DNA of 64,000 nt. It comes from Octopus sinensis. Its lineage: Eukaryota. The notes below the pieces were generated by a model that saw nothing but the letters and a program-made list of their open reading frames with translations, did no database searches and was not told the origin of the DNA. Both the position numbers and the translations under genes were made by a program. Below are positions 39,960-54,485 of the stretch, in pieces (positions within the stretch are counted from its first letter, which is position 1; every line of letters starts with the position of its first letter). The stretch is from assembly GCF_006345805.1 (NCBI RefSeq), contig NC_043002.1, positions 52,638,001 to 52,702,000 of the forward strand. Direction: 5' to 3'.

Positions 39960-41140
39960 AAGACACTGTTTAGTTGATATTCGTCTATACTTAAAGTCAC
40001 CCAACAAACGTTATCGCTCTTACTGACCACTAATTCCCTATAGAATGCAATAGTTGACAGCGACTGCACATAATAGCTTGTAGAGAACTACGAGCACCTA
40101 ACATTCCAGATGCCAAATGCCCACTTTTAGTGTTTGCTTAACCCACGGTTGCAGGTCCGTCAAATAGACGAGCTAAGGGAAAACATGTCTCACAAAAGAA
40201 ATCACACTTGCTCCTTCGGCAGACGATGGACTTTATAACTAAAGAAACATATCCCTTCCACAAGAAACGCAAGATGAAAGCTAGCGCAAGACATGGCGGT
40301 TAACTGGTTATAAACAACAGAGGTGATGTAGGTCTCGCTGCTTCTCCCCAACCTCTCAGAAATAGTTTCTCTTAGCCTATACGAGCTCTTTCTCGTAACT
40401 TCGTCCTAGTTCCTATCCAACTAGAAGTCTGGCACAGACTAGATCACAAGCATCTTAATAGAACGTATGCCAAGTGACTCACGACGCCGACCGGTGTCCA
40501 CTTAACTCCTCAGGTAACGAAACCTCTGATTTGTCCTAGTAAATGCGCATTCCTGTTTCCAATACTTATTCTTTCAATTAAGTGCTAACCATCTTGATTT
40601 CCGTATTTTCTGACACCATCAATGTAATGTCATTATCGAATGACAACACGGCTCTTCAGCGCCATAGTTCTCAATACGATTAGCTTCTGCAGCAAAGGCT
40701 GAACGCTTAAAACGTACAGGGACGATGATAGAGCATACTATGACTTATCCATTGTATAACTCGAAGAGCTTCCAATAATCAATGTAATCTAATCGCCGAA
40801 CATATTTCACAATTTTGAAGCTATCTTATTTCTAAACTCTGGTTACACAGAGGATACTCGCCAGATATTGATAGCCAACCTTGTCAAAGGCTTTAGATTT
40901 AACCAATTATATCAAAACACCGTCGAAACTAGATTTATTCGATGCTTTCCTTACTATATATTGCATGATGTAGAGATTGTTGAGTATGGAACTGCAAGAA
41001 ATCGCATAAGTTTTCACATTCCCGATCACATACGGACAACAAATACCAACCTCTTAGCGAACACTGTGGCCAAATCTTAAATTCTGCATCCATCTGAATT
41101 TTGAGCTGGAAGTTGGAGGCACCTAGTCTACGTCCTTCCT
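39960..41140 (-). mobile_element. Tx1/L1-clade LINE RT relic
   Basis: KILATVFAKRL, KAFDKVGYQYL, FDNDITLMVS (decayed YADD region) and RFLWKGYVSLV on the minus strand. Confidence 0.7.
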
Positions 41141-42320
41141 CGGCAACGCTGCTCAGTTGTTAATTGGTAACCCTGCGTTGGACTAGCCTTCCCACTAGAA
41201 GGAATGTTGGCCTACTCGCCTAGCCAACAGGGTGGCATCATTCGAAAACTAAAACGATGTGTAGTATATTGTGATGTGCGATATATAACAACATCCGATA
41301 GTCTGATATATCTATTGAGTTCTAGTTTTATTAACTGATTGCAGTTTGCTTCAAATTTACTTCAACTAATTCTATTGCAACTATACCACAAAAGAATGCA
41401 TCTGATATCAAATAGATCCTCCGTTGATTTCGGCGATGAGTACGCAGTTATTTGATCAACAGAATGGCATAAATGCTTATTGACAGCGTAAGTAAATTTC
41501 GTAGTCATTCACTTAATGAAGTTGATTATCCAACAAAAGATGAAATTCATCAGTTTCTGCTTCTGCATAACTGTTTTAGTATTTCCTACAGGTATGGTTA
41601 TCATATCCACCACTGAAAATATTTGATTTGTGTTCTGTAAAAAGTTACATTTGATGAAATGTGTGGAAAAACAATTAATGAAATCTGAAAAATCGTCTTT
41701 CATTAAAAATATCCCTGTTTCACGCAGCATTAGGAGAGGATTTTTGTTTTGTTTGCTTTTTGTTTTTTTTCGGGCTTTTTGTCTATTTGTTTTCTTTTTG
41801 TTTTTGTTGGGTTTTCTTTTTTTTTTTTTGTTTTTTTTTAATGGAAAAACCGCTTTCCGCAGTTAACAATAATAAAATAATTTTGAGTGAATATATCCGT
41901 TTTCCGTGTTCGAAAGGTTAAAGTGTGAAGCGGGTGAGTATTCCCTAGGCACATGTAATCATAATGTAATTACATGAAAGAATCAATGCAACGCGGTGTG
42001 ACATGACTAAATCTTTGAATTACAGGTACAAACAATTGCCATCCGCCTAATTTCTCTCACAAGAGGCTACGATAGAAGATACTTACCCTAGATGACCTAC
42101 AGTGGGATCGAACCCGTGACTTCGAGATTGTAAAGCAAACTTCTGAACCATTCAACCAAGCAGAGTCCACAGGAGTTGATAGGCATATATCATAATTGAT
42201 ATTTATAATTAATCCTTTCTAATATAGGAAAAAGACCAGAAATTTGGTGAGAGGTGATACTTGATAACATTAACCTCTGTACGTAACTGTACTTATTTTA
42301 ACGATCGCCAAATAACGACA

Positions 42321-42640
42321 GTGGAGGCGCAATGGCCTAGTGGTTAGGGCAGCGGACTCGCGGTCTGAGGATCGTGGTTTCGATTCCCAGACCGGGCGTT
42401 GTGTGTGTTTATTGAGCGAAAACACCTAAAAGCTCCACGAGGCTCCGGCAGGGGGTGGTGGCGACCTCTGTTATACTCTTTCGCAACAACTTTCTCTCTC
42501 TCTTACTTCCTGTTTCTTGACTAACGCTGCGATGGACTGGCGTCCCGTCCAGCTGGGGGGAACACATACGCCACAGAAACCGGGACACCGGGCCCATGAG
42601 CCTGGCTAGGCTTGAAAAGGGTGCATAAATAAAATTAAAA
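42321..42640 (+). mobile_element. tRNA-derived SINE with V-domain-like segment, nested in an older minus-strand SINE (~42215-42320 and 42640-42755)
   Basis: Head gtggaggcgcaatggcctagtggttagg...ggtttcgattccc; ctgcgatggactggcgtcccgtccag; the flanks are two halves of the (ATT)n-tail SINE. Confidence 0.8.
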
Positions 42641-44399
42641 TATCGACAGGCAAAGTCAGCTTCGGCAAGATTTGAACTCAAAGTATAGTCAGAAGAATTG
42701 CCGCTAAAATATTTTTCTCGACGTGCTAAACTCTTCTGCCAACTCATCGCCTCGTAGTTATAATTAATTACGTTTTTCCTTTTTTTTTTGTTTTTGTTAA
42801 TCTGACAGTTAAAAGATTCAAGCTTTCACAACGTCTTTAGAGTGAATCTGTCCCACTGAGGTATCATTTTAGGTGACAAATATCCCGCAAAACTAACACT
42901 CCATTTGACACAATCACTTTAATTAGCAATTATATTTTTGCATCGCCAGCACGCTAGAACATGAATTAACAAATCGATAAACATTACACAGTTCATTTGA
43001 AATTAGCTCATAATTTATACACTACACATAATTACGTATATTTTATTGAGAAGTGAGTTTCTTAACCACTTATATACGTATATAATTCTGAGTGTACAGT
43101 GTATACAGAATATCAAAACTTGTTTTTCTAAAATCCCTCCAAATTTAATCATTTTTATCGAAGTAAATAAAAATAGTCAGAAAGGTGAATATGGTTGTCT
43201 GCAACAATTGATGAACAAGATTGCGCTGTGCATAATGAGACAGCATAACTGTATCCTGGTGTTAGTTTGGTTGGAACGTAAAAGCACTCGATTCTGTTCT
43301 ATGCTAGAGGCTAAGCTTGCCCGCGATACGACGAGGAACCTTTACGCAGTTGCTCAACCTGCACGAAAAAGGAACCAAATTTCCTTTACACTAAGTGTCA
43401 TCACAGAAAACAAAGTGTACATTGGATAATGTGACCCGAGTCCTCTACTAGAATGTCTTCGATTAACAGAAAGAGAGAGAGAGAGACGACCTGTGACTAA
43501 ATAAGAACATTTACAAACCTGAAACGATAACTGAAAATATAATATAAGTGACTTTATCATAAGCCATTATCCTGAAGGCAAATATAGAAGTTGAGAGAGT
43601 ATGTACCTTAGAAGGATATTTTGAGATTATTCTTTTACGATTCTGGCAATAAATCTCGCCTATATTTATACTTAACAAATTTAAGAGGTATATATTCGAA
43701 TCTAGTTAAACAGAAATACCAGTCTCATACAGATTCTTTATTAATGACTTTATGTGTTAAGAATATAGTCTGTACGAAGAATTATCTTGACCTTCTCTCA
43801 GGACTGGACTTGGGCCGAGGTATGTGTATTGTGCATGATTATGAAACGAGAAGTAATTAGAAACCAGTATGTGGACATGTATACATCTCCGATATTTGTT
43901 GATGAATGCTAGATGTGCCTTGGGATTGACGAGGGCTTATCTTAAGATGGTGTCTGTATCTAAGAATGTGCAAACATGGAATACTACATAACAACGACGA
44001 GAGAAATAGGGCAATTAGAGCTTGCTGTATGCAGTAAATCAATATTCTACAATATTAATATCAACAATTGGTTTGCTTCATTTTCATGCTGGATGAGATC
44101 CAAACCACAGATAGAAAAAAGCTCTGAAATTATTGACTACTACTAGGAACTTTCAGATTAACAAAGATATTGACCGCCTGTATTTCAAACGAAAATACGA
44201 TGAAAGAGCCGTATCGGTTGAAATAACATTCATATTACGCTTCCAATAATATTTATCAAACATCGTTTGTTCTGATGCACGAATGGATGAGGTTTACATG
44301 TTTGAAAAGAATAACATTACGAGTAATGGCAAAGAACGTCTGAGTAACGCACAAGTGGCCATAATTATTTTGACTGACACTTGTCGCTCGAATTGCGCA

Positions 44400-45330
44400 T
44401 GTTATCAAAGTTTCTATACGAAGGTACGACTGAATATAATCTTCATTTTAAGTTATGTATTTGCACCATCGCTGAACACAAACTCTTGAGTCCTCTTTCA
44501 AAAAATTAGGTATGCATTGTTGTACACACTTCTTCACAGCCACTTTCACCTCGTCTTTCTCATCAAATACTTGTCACCGAAGACTGTCCTTCATTGAACC
44601 GTTCAGGTGGAAGTTGGAGAGCGCCAGATCCGGAATGCAGGAATACTAGCCAAGTATAAGAAACTGACCGACCCAATTTGCCGGTTGTCTAATTTAATGC
44701 CAATGATGTATGTCGTGTGGGGGATGTGAATCGTTTTCTTATTCTTCTTCGGCTTCCTCTTCCTAATAGTTTCCCCAAACAGCAAGAAAACAAAAAGAAT
44801 GATACTCTCTTCATTCCAAAATAGTCACCATGACTTTATTTTCCAATCAATGGCTCTTGAAATTCTTAGCCTTAGAGAAAAGACTCAGTCTTTCTGTGTG
44901 GAACATAAAGATATACACATATTCCATCTCCTGTCATCGGATCGAGAAAAGACATGCCTTCATTGACTTCAAACAGACCAGAGCAAACTTCCACTCTTCT
45001 CTCTTTCAAATCGAGTACCAACTAACGAGGTAACAACTTGACACTTATTTTCCGACTCCCAAAATTTTCCACCACCTTCTCTTCTATGCATTGTAAGCAC
45101 AGTCTAGTTATATAGTAAGATAACAGATTGATACTTGACCATCTCTTGCGTCGTGTTGCTTTTTCAGTGGTACTTGCCCACTCTTTAAACTACTTCGTCC
45201 ATCAGTGCATACAACTCTTGCCAGTAGTGTCAACTCTATAAATGACTTGTAGCCTTCTATGGATATCAGCCAGTCCTGAGGTACTCCTTTGTCAAGAACT
45301 CAACAACATGTGCCGCTTCTGCTTGGAATC
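44400..45330 (-). mobile_element. Decayed mariner/Tc1 transposase
   Basis: YSCIPDLALSNFHLNGSMKDSLR*QVFDEKDEVKVAVKK...VQRW resembles the YSPDLAPSDFHLF C-terminal block; upstream KERRVEVC...TGD. Confidence 0.75.
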
Positions 45331-45995
45331 GATTATTTGCCTTCAGGTGACAACTTACGTTGCTTTTTTCCAGCAACCATATACGTGACACTAAATTCTT
45401 TCTCATATTCTAAATGTTTGTTTATGCCGAATATTTCACAAGTTAAATTATTTGTTGTCCTACTAATGTAATGTATATATATTCTGTTCTGGTTAATATT
45501 AGATGCGAGTCTACAATAATAACGATTTTTCTAGGTTATTTCCTTTCACTTAACATAATTCCTGTGAATTATAATCATATTTGTGGTCTGATATTTAGAA
45601 TTACTCATCAATTCTTATAAATAAAGGATTATAGTGTGCTAATGAAGTTTATAGCTTAATTTGAGTGAATATAAATTTAACTTTTATATTTATATCTTAG
45701 AGAAAAGTACAATTTCACGAAACGGGAGGCGTGTATCTTTTTCCAAAAAGGGTGCTAACACTGATTGAATGTTATATATTAAACGAGTCTGCTGCGTTAT
45801 CTTTGGCACGGTTACGTATTTTTGAGATATTTAATTATTTCTCATACTACTTGCTAGTTCATTATTGCTTACATATGCTGCTTCTCTTGCTACGAGAATT
45901 CGTCATATGATATGGTCGAGATTCTATTGCCTGAGCATGTGGGTATATTTCTAAGAAGACGCGAAGACGCGATGGGTGGTAGCAATTATGAGTTA

Positions 45996-46046
<51 letters not shown>

Positions 46047-46439
46047 CATACATACATACATACATACATACATACATACATACATACATACACAAGCAAA
46101 TAATTTTTTTAATGTATGGTTGAATGGCATTTTTTTAAGGTTAAATATTACGTCTAAGAATTTAGCAAGTCTGAGACTGCTCCTTATTGTAATTTGAACC
46201 TAAACGGTTCAAATTGCCGAATAGTTTGGTCAATTCTTACCTGAAATTCTTTGCTCTAGCCCATTCATAGCTTTGGGGATTAATAAACCGTCATGTCTAT
46301 AAATTCTGCCATTGATGTATTTATTGGAATTTTTTGTGAATTAAGTTGAAAAGTAATAAAAACGAAATAGGTTTGTGATTTTTGATAAGTTTCTGGCTCA
46401 TGCTTACCTTAAAAAAACCTGAATTAATATTTTTAACCA

Positions 46440-46815
46440 TGGTCGAGTGTTTAAAAAGCTCGCTTTGCAATCATGTTGTTTGGGATTCAGTCCCACTGCA
46501 TTGTACTTTATTCAAAGGCCTTCAACTGTGGTTCCGAGCTGACCAATTCCTTGTAAGTGAGTTTGGTAGACAGAAACAGTGTGGAAATCCGTCGTTTATA
46601 TATGTGTGTGTTTTCCCCCAATAGCACCACCAACGCTTGAAAACTGATGTCGGTTTGCTTACGTTCTTGTAACTTAGCGACTCGACAAAACAGATCGATA
46701 GAATATGTCACAGACTTAAGAATAAGTGCGGAAATCGATTTGTTCGCTTGAAAACTCATAACGACAGTACCCGACCAAGCCTGCAGTCCAATGACTGTAA
46801 TGAGCAAAAAAAATA
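46440..46815 (+). mobile_element. Degenerate bipartite SINE
   Basis: gggattcagtcccactgc...tttggtagacagaaac head followed by gcttgaaaactgatgtcgg...aatgactg tail. Confidence 0.65.
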
Positions 46816-47483
46816 AAAGGTGATAAAATTTATATTAAAAACTGAAAATTGCTATTCTATCATGCTATATTTTACATTTTTGTTTTGTTTTGTTTTACGT
46901 GCTAGCTGTAATTGTGCGGTAGAGTCATGTAAAGTCGGCAGCTTTTAAAATTAGAAATTTAGTCAGAAATAGGTAGCAAGGAATTGTGACCAATTGGCTG
47001 AAAATGTATTTATATCTATCATGAATGTTTCCAAACCAAAATATTGCTGACGTGTTGTTGCTCCAAACTGCTAATTCAGAATTTTTGTAAATTTTTATAT
47101 TGATACTTTCCAGGATGTTTTTATTAAATATTCCTGCTTTTTACCTTAAGCTTGACTGAATTAATGATTTTTAACTGTAAGATGGGGTGAAGTTATTCTA
47201 AAATTTTAGCTTATGTTCGTTAATAGTAATGTACGATTTTTAGTGCAAGAAATGTATATCATCAATGTGAAGATTCACTAATAATAAACTTTAGGTGTAT
47301 TTTTATAATTGCTAGTAATGCCGTTTGTTAGTAGATTATGATATAGTATAGATGATTATACAGCATATATAAACATATACAAAGAGATATATATATATAT
47401 ATAAAGTGTATCGCTATTCTCTCACTCATTCTCTCTCTCTCTTTCTTCATATATGTATATAATATATGATAATAGATATATAT

Positions 47484-47739
47484 AGGCGCAGGAGTGGCTG
47501 TGTTAGTACGAGCTTGCTAACCAACCAACACATGGTTCCATGTTCAGTCCCACTGCGTGGCATCTTGGGCAAGTGTCTTCTGCTATAGCCTCGGGCCCGA
47601 CCAATGCCTTGTGAGTGGATTTGGTAGACGGAACTGAAAGAGGCCTGTCGTATATATGCATATATATATATATATATATATAGTATATATATATAATATA
47701 TATATATAATATATATATAATATGTGTGTGTGTGTGGTG

Positions 47740-47784
<45 letters not shown>

Positions 47785-47985
47785 TGTTTGTGTGTCTGTG
47801 TTGTTCCCCTAGCATTGATTGACAACCGATGCTGGTGTGTTTACGTCACTTAGCGGTTCGGCAAAAGTGACCGATAGAATAAGTACTGGGCTTACAAAGA
47901 ATAGGTCCCGGGGTCGAGTTGCTCGATTAAAGGCGGTGCTCCAGCATGGCCGCAGTCAAATGACTGAAACAAGTAAAAGAGTAAA
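47484..47985 (+). mobile_element. Full bipartite SINE with expanded internal (TA)n(TG)n
   Basis: Head 47484-47650, microsatellite ~47651-47795, tail to gactgaaacaagtaaaagagtaaaag. Confidence 0.85.
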
Positions 47986-48000
47986 AGAGAGTAAAGTGTG

Positions 48001-48085
<85 letters not shown>

Positions 48086-48374
48086 GGATGTGGGCTGTAT
48101 CTTTGTGTTTGTGTATCTATGTCTGTGTGTATGTGTCTGTGTGTGCGTGTGTGCCTATGTGTCTGTGTCTGTGAGTGCGTGATATGCGTGCGAGCATGTG
48201 TGTGTGTGCCTGTGTGTGTGTGTGTGCTAAAGGGATAGACAGCGAGACATATAACATTCTTGTAAGAGTTTAGACAGTATTATATTATGGTGCAAATGTC
48301 GTGAACTAACTGGTAAGCACCACGCAAGATTTTAGAGAAAATCTGATTTTGAGTGCCTACGTATATAGATAGAC

Positions 48375-48465
<91 letters not shown>

Positions 48466-48540
48466 CAAACAGACTGACAGACTAAATGGCACCACGCACA
48501 TATATGTAGGATTGATACAGAGGTATAGTGAGATTTATAT

Positions 48541-48591
<51 letters not shown>

Positions 48592-49864
48592 CATATATAT
48601 GTACATACATATATGCATGCATGCATATATACATGCATATATATATAGATAGATAGATATAGATATATATATATAATATATATATTATATATATAGAGAG
48701 AGAGAGAGAGAGTGAGAGAGAGATTCGCTTGTTTGCGTGTACGTGCAAAAATATTTTTATATGTACTGGTGTATATATATTAGACTATGTTATTATATAT
48801 ATATATATATCCAAATATTCATGTACAAGCATAGATAGTAGGTATCGGTATATATTTATGTTTGCATAATTATAGCCGTGTGTTACACTATCCGACTTCA
48901 AAAAGAACTATTTTCCATGACTATAAGGGCACAAGCAACTCTGTAGAAACGTACACTTGCACACATATATACATATATATACATGAGTGCGTGAGTGTGT
49001 GTGTGCTGATATGGAGAGAGAGAGAGGGGGGGAATAGAAGGGAGAGTGTGTATGTATGTGTGTGTATTTATACATGTTATATGCGTGTGAAAAAGAAACT
49101 ATATATATAGTCTCTTGTGTGTATGTTTGCTTGCGTGCTTGTGTGGTTGTGCGCGTATTAGTGAGAGAGTTTGCAATTGCACTGAACCAGACACAAGAAA
49201 GGTAGCGTCGCTGGTTTTTGTAGTTATGTAATATAGCTTGCTGCTGGTGTGTCTTCGGAGTGTGGCTGGGTTGTATGGAAGACACTCATTTTAGCAATAG
49301 TAACACAAGCACACACACACACACACACACATACACGTATATAAATAGAAATAGAGTGAGTGAGTGAGAGAGAGAGAGAAAGAGAGAGATAGAAAGGGGG
49401 TATGCCTTGTGTGTACAAATAGATGTACGACTGTTACTTTTGAGTTTAGAGTTCCACGTAGATTTTATAGGTGTGCGTGTGTGTGTGTGTGTGTGTGTCT
49501 ACGTGTGCGCATGTGTCTGTAGGTGAGTATGTTTGTATATGTATATATAAGCATGTGTAAATGGGTGGATGAATATATATGTTTGCAGGCAGGTATTTAT
49601 ATATATATATATATACACATATATACAAGGATACACACAGACATTCACACATACATACATACATACATACATACATACATACACTCACACACACATACAC
49701 TCACCTACAAACATACATAAATACATTCACCCACACACCTACATACATACATATATACACACATACATACATACATACATACACACATACATACATACAT
49801 ACATACATACATACATACATACATACATACATACATACATACATACATACACACATATAACCAA

Positions 49865-49955
49865 ACCCATAACGAGTAAAAGAGTCTGAAGATGTTGCCG
49901 TGTAACATGACACCAGAATTTGGAGCAGCAGAAATAAGAAACTCAGCGGCAGCAT
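49865..49955 (-). CDS. Candidate first coding exon with a signal-peptide-like N-terminus
   Basis: MLPLSFLFLLLQILVSCYTATSSDSFTRYG: hydrophobic core and small-residue cleavage region; donor position uncertain. Confidence 0.3.
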
Positions 49956-50261
49956 TCCATCATTCTTTTATCAACATGATGTCGATCATCTTCTGTTGTT
50001 GTTGTTGTTGTTGTTGCTTTTGTTGTTGTTTGTTGTTTAGCCCCAGGACACTTCGTATCGAACAGATGTATGATCAAAGTCGTAACTGTTCCAACAGCTT
50101 TATTTTCCAAGCGTTGTATCGAAGAGTCCATTATTCAACTTGTCTTTTCTACATTCCTTTCATATGTTAGGGTATGAGTTGGAGGCAATTTGGTTGCTAT
50201 TTCTAGTAAGTTTAATCCCGTTCTTTACACATTCGGTGTTCCCATCATTACTGTAGATGCT

Positions 50262-50480
50262 AAGTCTGTGAGCAGGCAGAATCGTTAACACGTCGGATTA
50301 AATGCTTAGTGGCATTTCTTTCGGGTTCTTTACGTTGTGAACTCAAATCCCACCAAGATTAACGTTATCTTTTATCCCTTCAGGATAAGATAGAGTATCA
50401 GTCAAGTGTTTGAGTGATGTAATCGACTGACTCCTGCCCTAACAATGCTGGCCTTTTACAGAAATTTGTAGCAAAATTCT
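50262..50480 (+). mobile_element. Degenerate SINE ((ATT)n-tail family)
   Basis: gagcaggcagaatcgttaacac...aaatgcttag head and core. Confidence 0.65.
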
Positions 50481-50772
50481 TATTGTTCATGTTCTTGCGT
50501 TCTTGTTGTTGTTGCTACTGCTGCTGGTGTTGTTGTTAAGTAACAAGACGGGTAAGGGTGATTAGGTGATGGTCTAGGGCTTAGGGGTGGGAGACCCCAG
50601 ACCTTGGAAAAAAAAACTTTGGTCGTCTTGTAGTCGAGAGCTCTTCGTTGACGCCCGACACCAGTGGGAGGTGGGCCTCGAAGTCGCTGGAAATGGAGAT
50701 CTCCAAGTCCAAAATCTTGGACGGCTGCTGCTGCTGCTGCTTCTTAACCACTGTCCCAGTACAGTTTGCAAA

Positions 50773-50935
50773 GGCGCATGGCCAAGTGCTTAGGGTTTCG
50801 CAGTCAGATCTTCAGATCGTGAGGTTTCGATTCTCGGAGCAGACATTACTTTCTGTTTCGTATTCCTGAGCAAAAAAAACACTTAGTTTCGTGTTGTTCC
50901 AATCGACTCAGCTATAAATGTGTTGGCCAGAGTGG
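50773..50935 (+). mobile_element. tRNA-derived SINE fragment
   Basis: gcgcatggccaagtgcttagg...gaggtttcgattctcgg A/B-box-like head. Confidence 0.55.
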
Positions 50936-50944
50936 AAAGTGTTT

Positions 50945-52210
50945 ATCTCTAAACTTTTCGCACGAGTCCACCATACATATTCTTTCCCATAGCCACCAGT
51001 ACAATGATAACTGCCTTGCCTTCCCGGTTAAAGGAAGGTGGCGGAGCAATATTCACGATAGACTCGGCCGATAACCAAATTCGTCCCGCACGTAACAGCA
51101 GCCGTTCGACATAAGCCCACAGGTCTGAAATGGTTGGACACTGCACGAGTGCGTGCAGAACAGTTTAGTCGCTCTGACCGCATCTCGGGCAAGTCGAACC
51201 GTGCCTGTAGAGCTTATCCCGAACGGGCAATGCTCCCCGACAGCACTGCCACGGCAGGGATCTCTGGTGATTGTCCATAGGTCCCGGCCCGAAAGTTGTC
51301 CTGAAGAGGCGGATCAGGCATTCCCCGTCGACGCCCAGATTCTCTCCAAGAACGTCGTCGCACCTCCCCGCCACTAATCCTCTATAGAACGTCTTTGTGG
51401 AATTGAAGTCGCACATGTTTGGATCTTTCTTTAGTAGTGCCACAGCTCCTTGACTCACAAAGCTGGGGATACATCCGTTTTGCTGCCAGTTGCAGTAGAT
51501 TGCTGCCAAGACGCCTCCAAACAAGTCTGGCATATGATAATGAAGCTCGTAAGGAAGGCCATCCAAGCCTGGAGAGTTGTCTCCTGCGCAGCCTACCATC
51601 GCATCCCGTACGTCCGTGTCTGTGATAGGTCTTTCACAACACTCCGCCTCTCTTGCCGAGAGTCGTGACAGGCCATGCAGATAGGTTCTAAAGTCCATCC
51701 TGCATTCTAACCCACCAGTTGTCCCGAACAGTCGGGCAAAGTGCTGTTGCAAGGGCCTCACACATCTCTTCGGGTTCGAGTAATTCGCACCTCTGTTCAT
51801 CTGTCAGAGACCTAATGGTGGCTTTGTCGCTTCGTTGCGCCTCCGCCACTCGAACCTCTCGGGTGGCTCCAATTCCCACGTTTCTCAGAGCACGCATCTG
51901 ACAACGCATCCTTCATGTTTGGTGTTGAAGTGTTAGTCGAGAGCCAACCTCGCTGCCAGCACGTTGGACGCGATGCCACTTCTTTGTGCCTCTTCTAATT
52001 TCTTAACTACGTCCCCCTCTATTCTATTTCGATCTATTGCTAGAGCCTTACTATACCTAACCGATTCTTCTTTATTTGCTTTCTTTAGGGCACACCACCA
52101 TCAGTTATTGACGATGGTGCCCGTCAGTGTCCTCTTAGCTAACGTGCTAATCCGGTCTCTGTACGACACGTTCAGTTTCCAGTAGCCGGGTTCTGCCTAT
52201 GATTCTTATC
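50945..52210 (-). mobile_element. Tx1/L1-clade LINE relic with the RT core deleted
   Basis: PGYWKLN (end of the endonuclease region), GDNSPGLDGLPYEL, LLKKDPN, then directly the C-terminal CPRCGQSD..VLHA..QC knuckle. Confidence 0.8.
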
Positions 52211-52225
52211 AAGAATACAAGTCAC

Positions 52226-52320
<95 letters not shown>

Positions 52321-52329
52321 GCGTTATTG

Positions 52330-52495
52330 AATCTAACCTTCCTTTATGTGACGTAATATGTGGTTTGAAAACGTTGTGTGCGAGCTACGCTCGAAACGTC
52401 AAGAACTCTCTTTTTACTGAGTTTCAAACAAATATATTCCTTGTGCGCGTCCTCCTGTCGTCTGTTAATTTTATTCGTTTATTTGAATTGACTAC
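52330..52495 (+). mobile_element. Family-1-related unit with degenerate hammerhead-like motif
   Basis: gagc-tac-gctc-gaaac-gtc at 52382-52400; the 5' half of the core is not recognisable. Confidence 0.45.
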
Positions 52496-53209
52496 GTATG
52501 TATGTATTTATGTATGTATGTATGTATGTATGTATGTATGTATGTATGTATGTATGTATGTATGTATGTATGTATGTATTATGTATGTGTATATGTATAC
52601 CATTTTCCATTCCGAAAATTTGCATATTTCCCTGCAGGCAATGTGAGATGAGATCCACCATTGATAAATATTAATTCTTCAGACAAGAATAGAATCTGTC
52701 CGTTGCCACTATGATGATATACTTGAATTGTACGGCGTGTATTTTCATTGGCTGCTGTTTTCATGGGATTCATGTATCTGTGTGTTTGTTAACTGCAAGT
52801 ATGTATGTACCTGGACGTGCAGTTGAGGCGTTTAGTGTTTAAGATTTGTGTGTATGTGTCTGCAGTTACTAGAGTTGTGTGCGTGTATACATCTGTGTAT
52901 CTATCGTGACGTGTGTGTGCGTGTGTGCGAGTGCATATGTGTGAGTGCGTGAGTGTGTGTGCTTGTTCGTCCGTAGAAATGGTATGATGGCAGTTGAGTT
53001 TTAAAAACGGGAAGAAAATTTTGTCTTTTGCTTTGCTTTTATTATATTTTGTTTTGTGGGGGTTTTTTTGCTTGTTTGGGGCTTATAGCTTTTTTTAAAA
53101 AATGAATGGCTTAATGTAATCTCAGTAACGAACCAAAGAACTTTGATTTGTTGAATTTTCTTTGATGCTTTATTTGTTTCAATCATTGGGCTACGACTAT
53201 GTAGGGGTA

Positions 53210-53566
53210 CTGCCATGAAGCGTTTAGTCGAACAGACCGACTCCCAGTATTTTTTTTTTTGAAGTTTAATACTTATTCTATCGATTTCTTTAGCCAAATT
53301 GCTAAATTATGAGTAACTAAACTCACCAACACTAGTTGTCAAGCGATTGTAGGCAACGAGTACAGTACAGAGATACACACATAGATTTATACATGCATAT
53401 GTGTGTATGGATCATCAGTTTCCACTCACCAAATCCTTTCACGAGACTGTGGACGGCCCGGGGCCATAGCAGGAGTCACTGGCCCAAAAGGCTGCTCAAG
53501 GGACTGAACCCAAAACCACATGGTTGAAGAAGCAAACTTCTTATCCACACAGCCACGCCTGCGCCT
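53210..53566 (-). mobile_element. Degenerate bipartite SINE
   Basis: ...ccacacagccacgcctgcgcct head at the right end; tail fragment on the left. Confidence 0.7.
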
Positions 53567-54284
53567 ACTGGATTACAGATTTTTTTCTGTTTTTTTTTGT
53601 TTTTTTTAGATACAGGAGAGTTCTTCAGTTTTTGATAGAAGACGCTATTGAGGTAATAAAGCGAGGTCGTTCCTGAAATATCATTTGAACAAGGAAGAGA
53701 AGAAATTAAAAGAAAAATGAAATACGGTGTTCTTATGGGATCTTATTTTGCTACTGTTGGCATACCATTATATTTAAGGGAATACCTGACCATGTAAAGC
53801 ACGAAGAGATTAATTCTCTATTTATATTCACTGTTTTGGTTTCATATTTCAGGATTAAAGCCTTTCCAAGACACAAAGATGACAGAAAGTATTTGGTGCT
53901 CTATCTAGGAGTTTCCATTAAATTTTATACGGCATACGATTAGTCTTCAAAACTAAGTGTCGATAGTTGATTTTGTGTTCAGTTTTCTTTGCAACGCTCC
54001 GAATGTGTAATTATGTTGATAGAGTCAGTTCTTAAAGTGGTTGCTGACATTTCTGCATGGTCAATGCCATTTCGGTTAGTGCTAGATTTGACAGCGGGTG
54101 CGTATATAACTGAATATTTTTGCAGCTACCGTGGGGTAGGCACATGTTTTGAGAGTAGAAGTTGCATTACCGCGTACTGTTGTCGGTTGTGCTCTAGCGG
54201 CAAGAGTTATTCTTTATTTTTTAATTTATGTTTAGGTGTTGGCGAAATTTATTAAAGTTCAATGCTTAATATTAAATGAGTTTT

Positions 54285-54485
54285 TAAGGTTGTGAGCTGA
54301 CAGAATCGTTAACATGCCGGGCAAAACAATAAGCGACATTTCGCCAGTCTCTACCTTCTGAGTTCAAATTCCACGAAAGTCGACTTGGCTTTTCATCCCT
54401 TTCGGGTTCATTTGAACATTGAGGTTGATGTAATCGACTTAACCCCTCCCCAGATATTTGTGGCCTTGTTCCAAAATTTGAAATC
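54285..54485 (+). mobile_element. SINE ((ATT)n-tail family)
   Basis: gagctgacagaatcgttaacatgccggg...gtcgacttggcttttcatcc. Confidence 0.75.

Noticed and set aside
42321-42395. tRNA gene-like A/B boxes (also at 35487, 57380, 57640, 59370)
   Set aside because: They continue into SINE bodies and do not form complete cloverleaves, so they are SINE heads and not tRNA genes.
43046-44040. 127-aa ORF and Cys-rich interrupted frames
   Set aside because: Several frames look equally protein-like with many stops; no family could be assigned.
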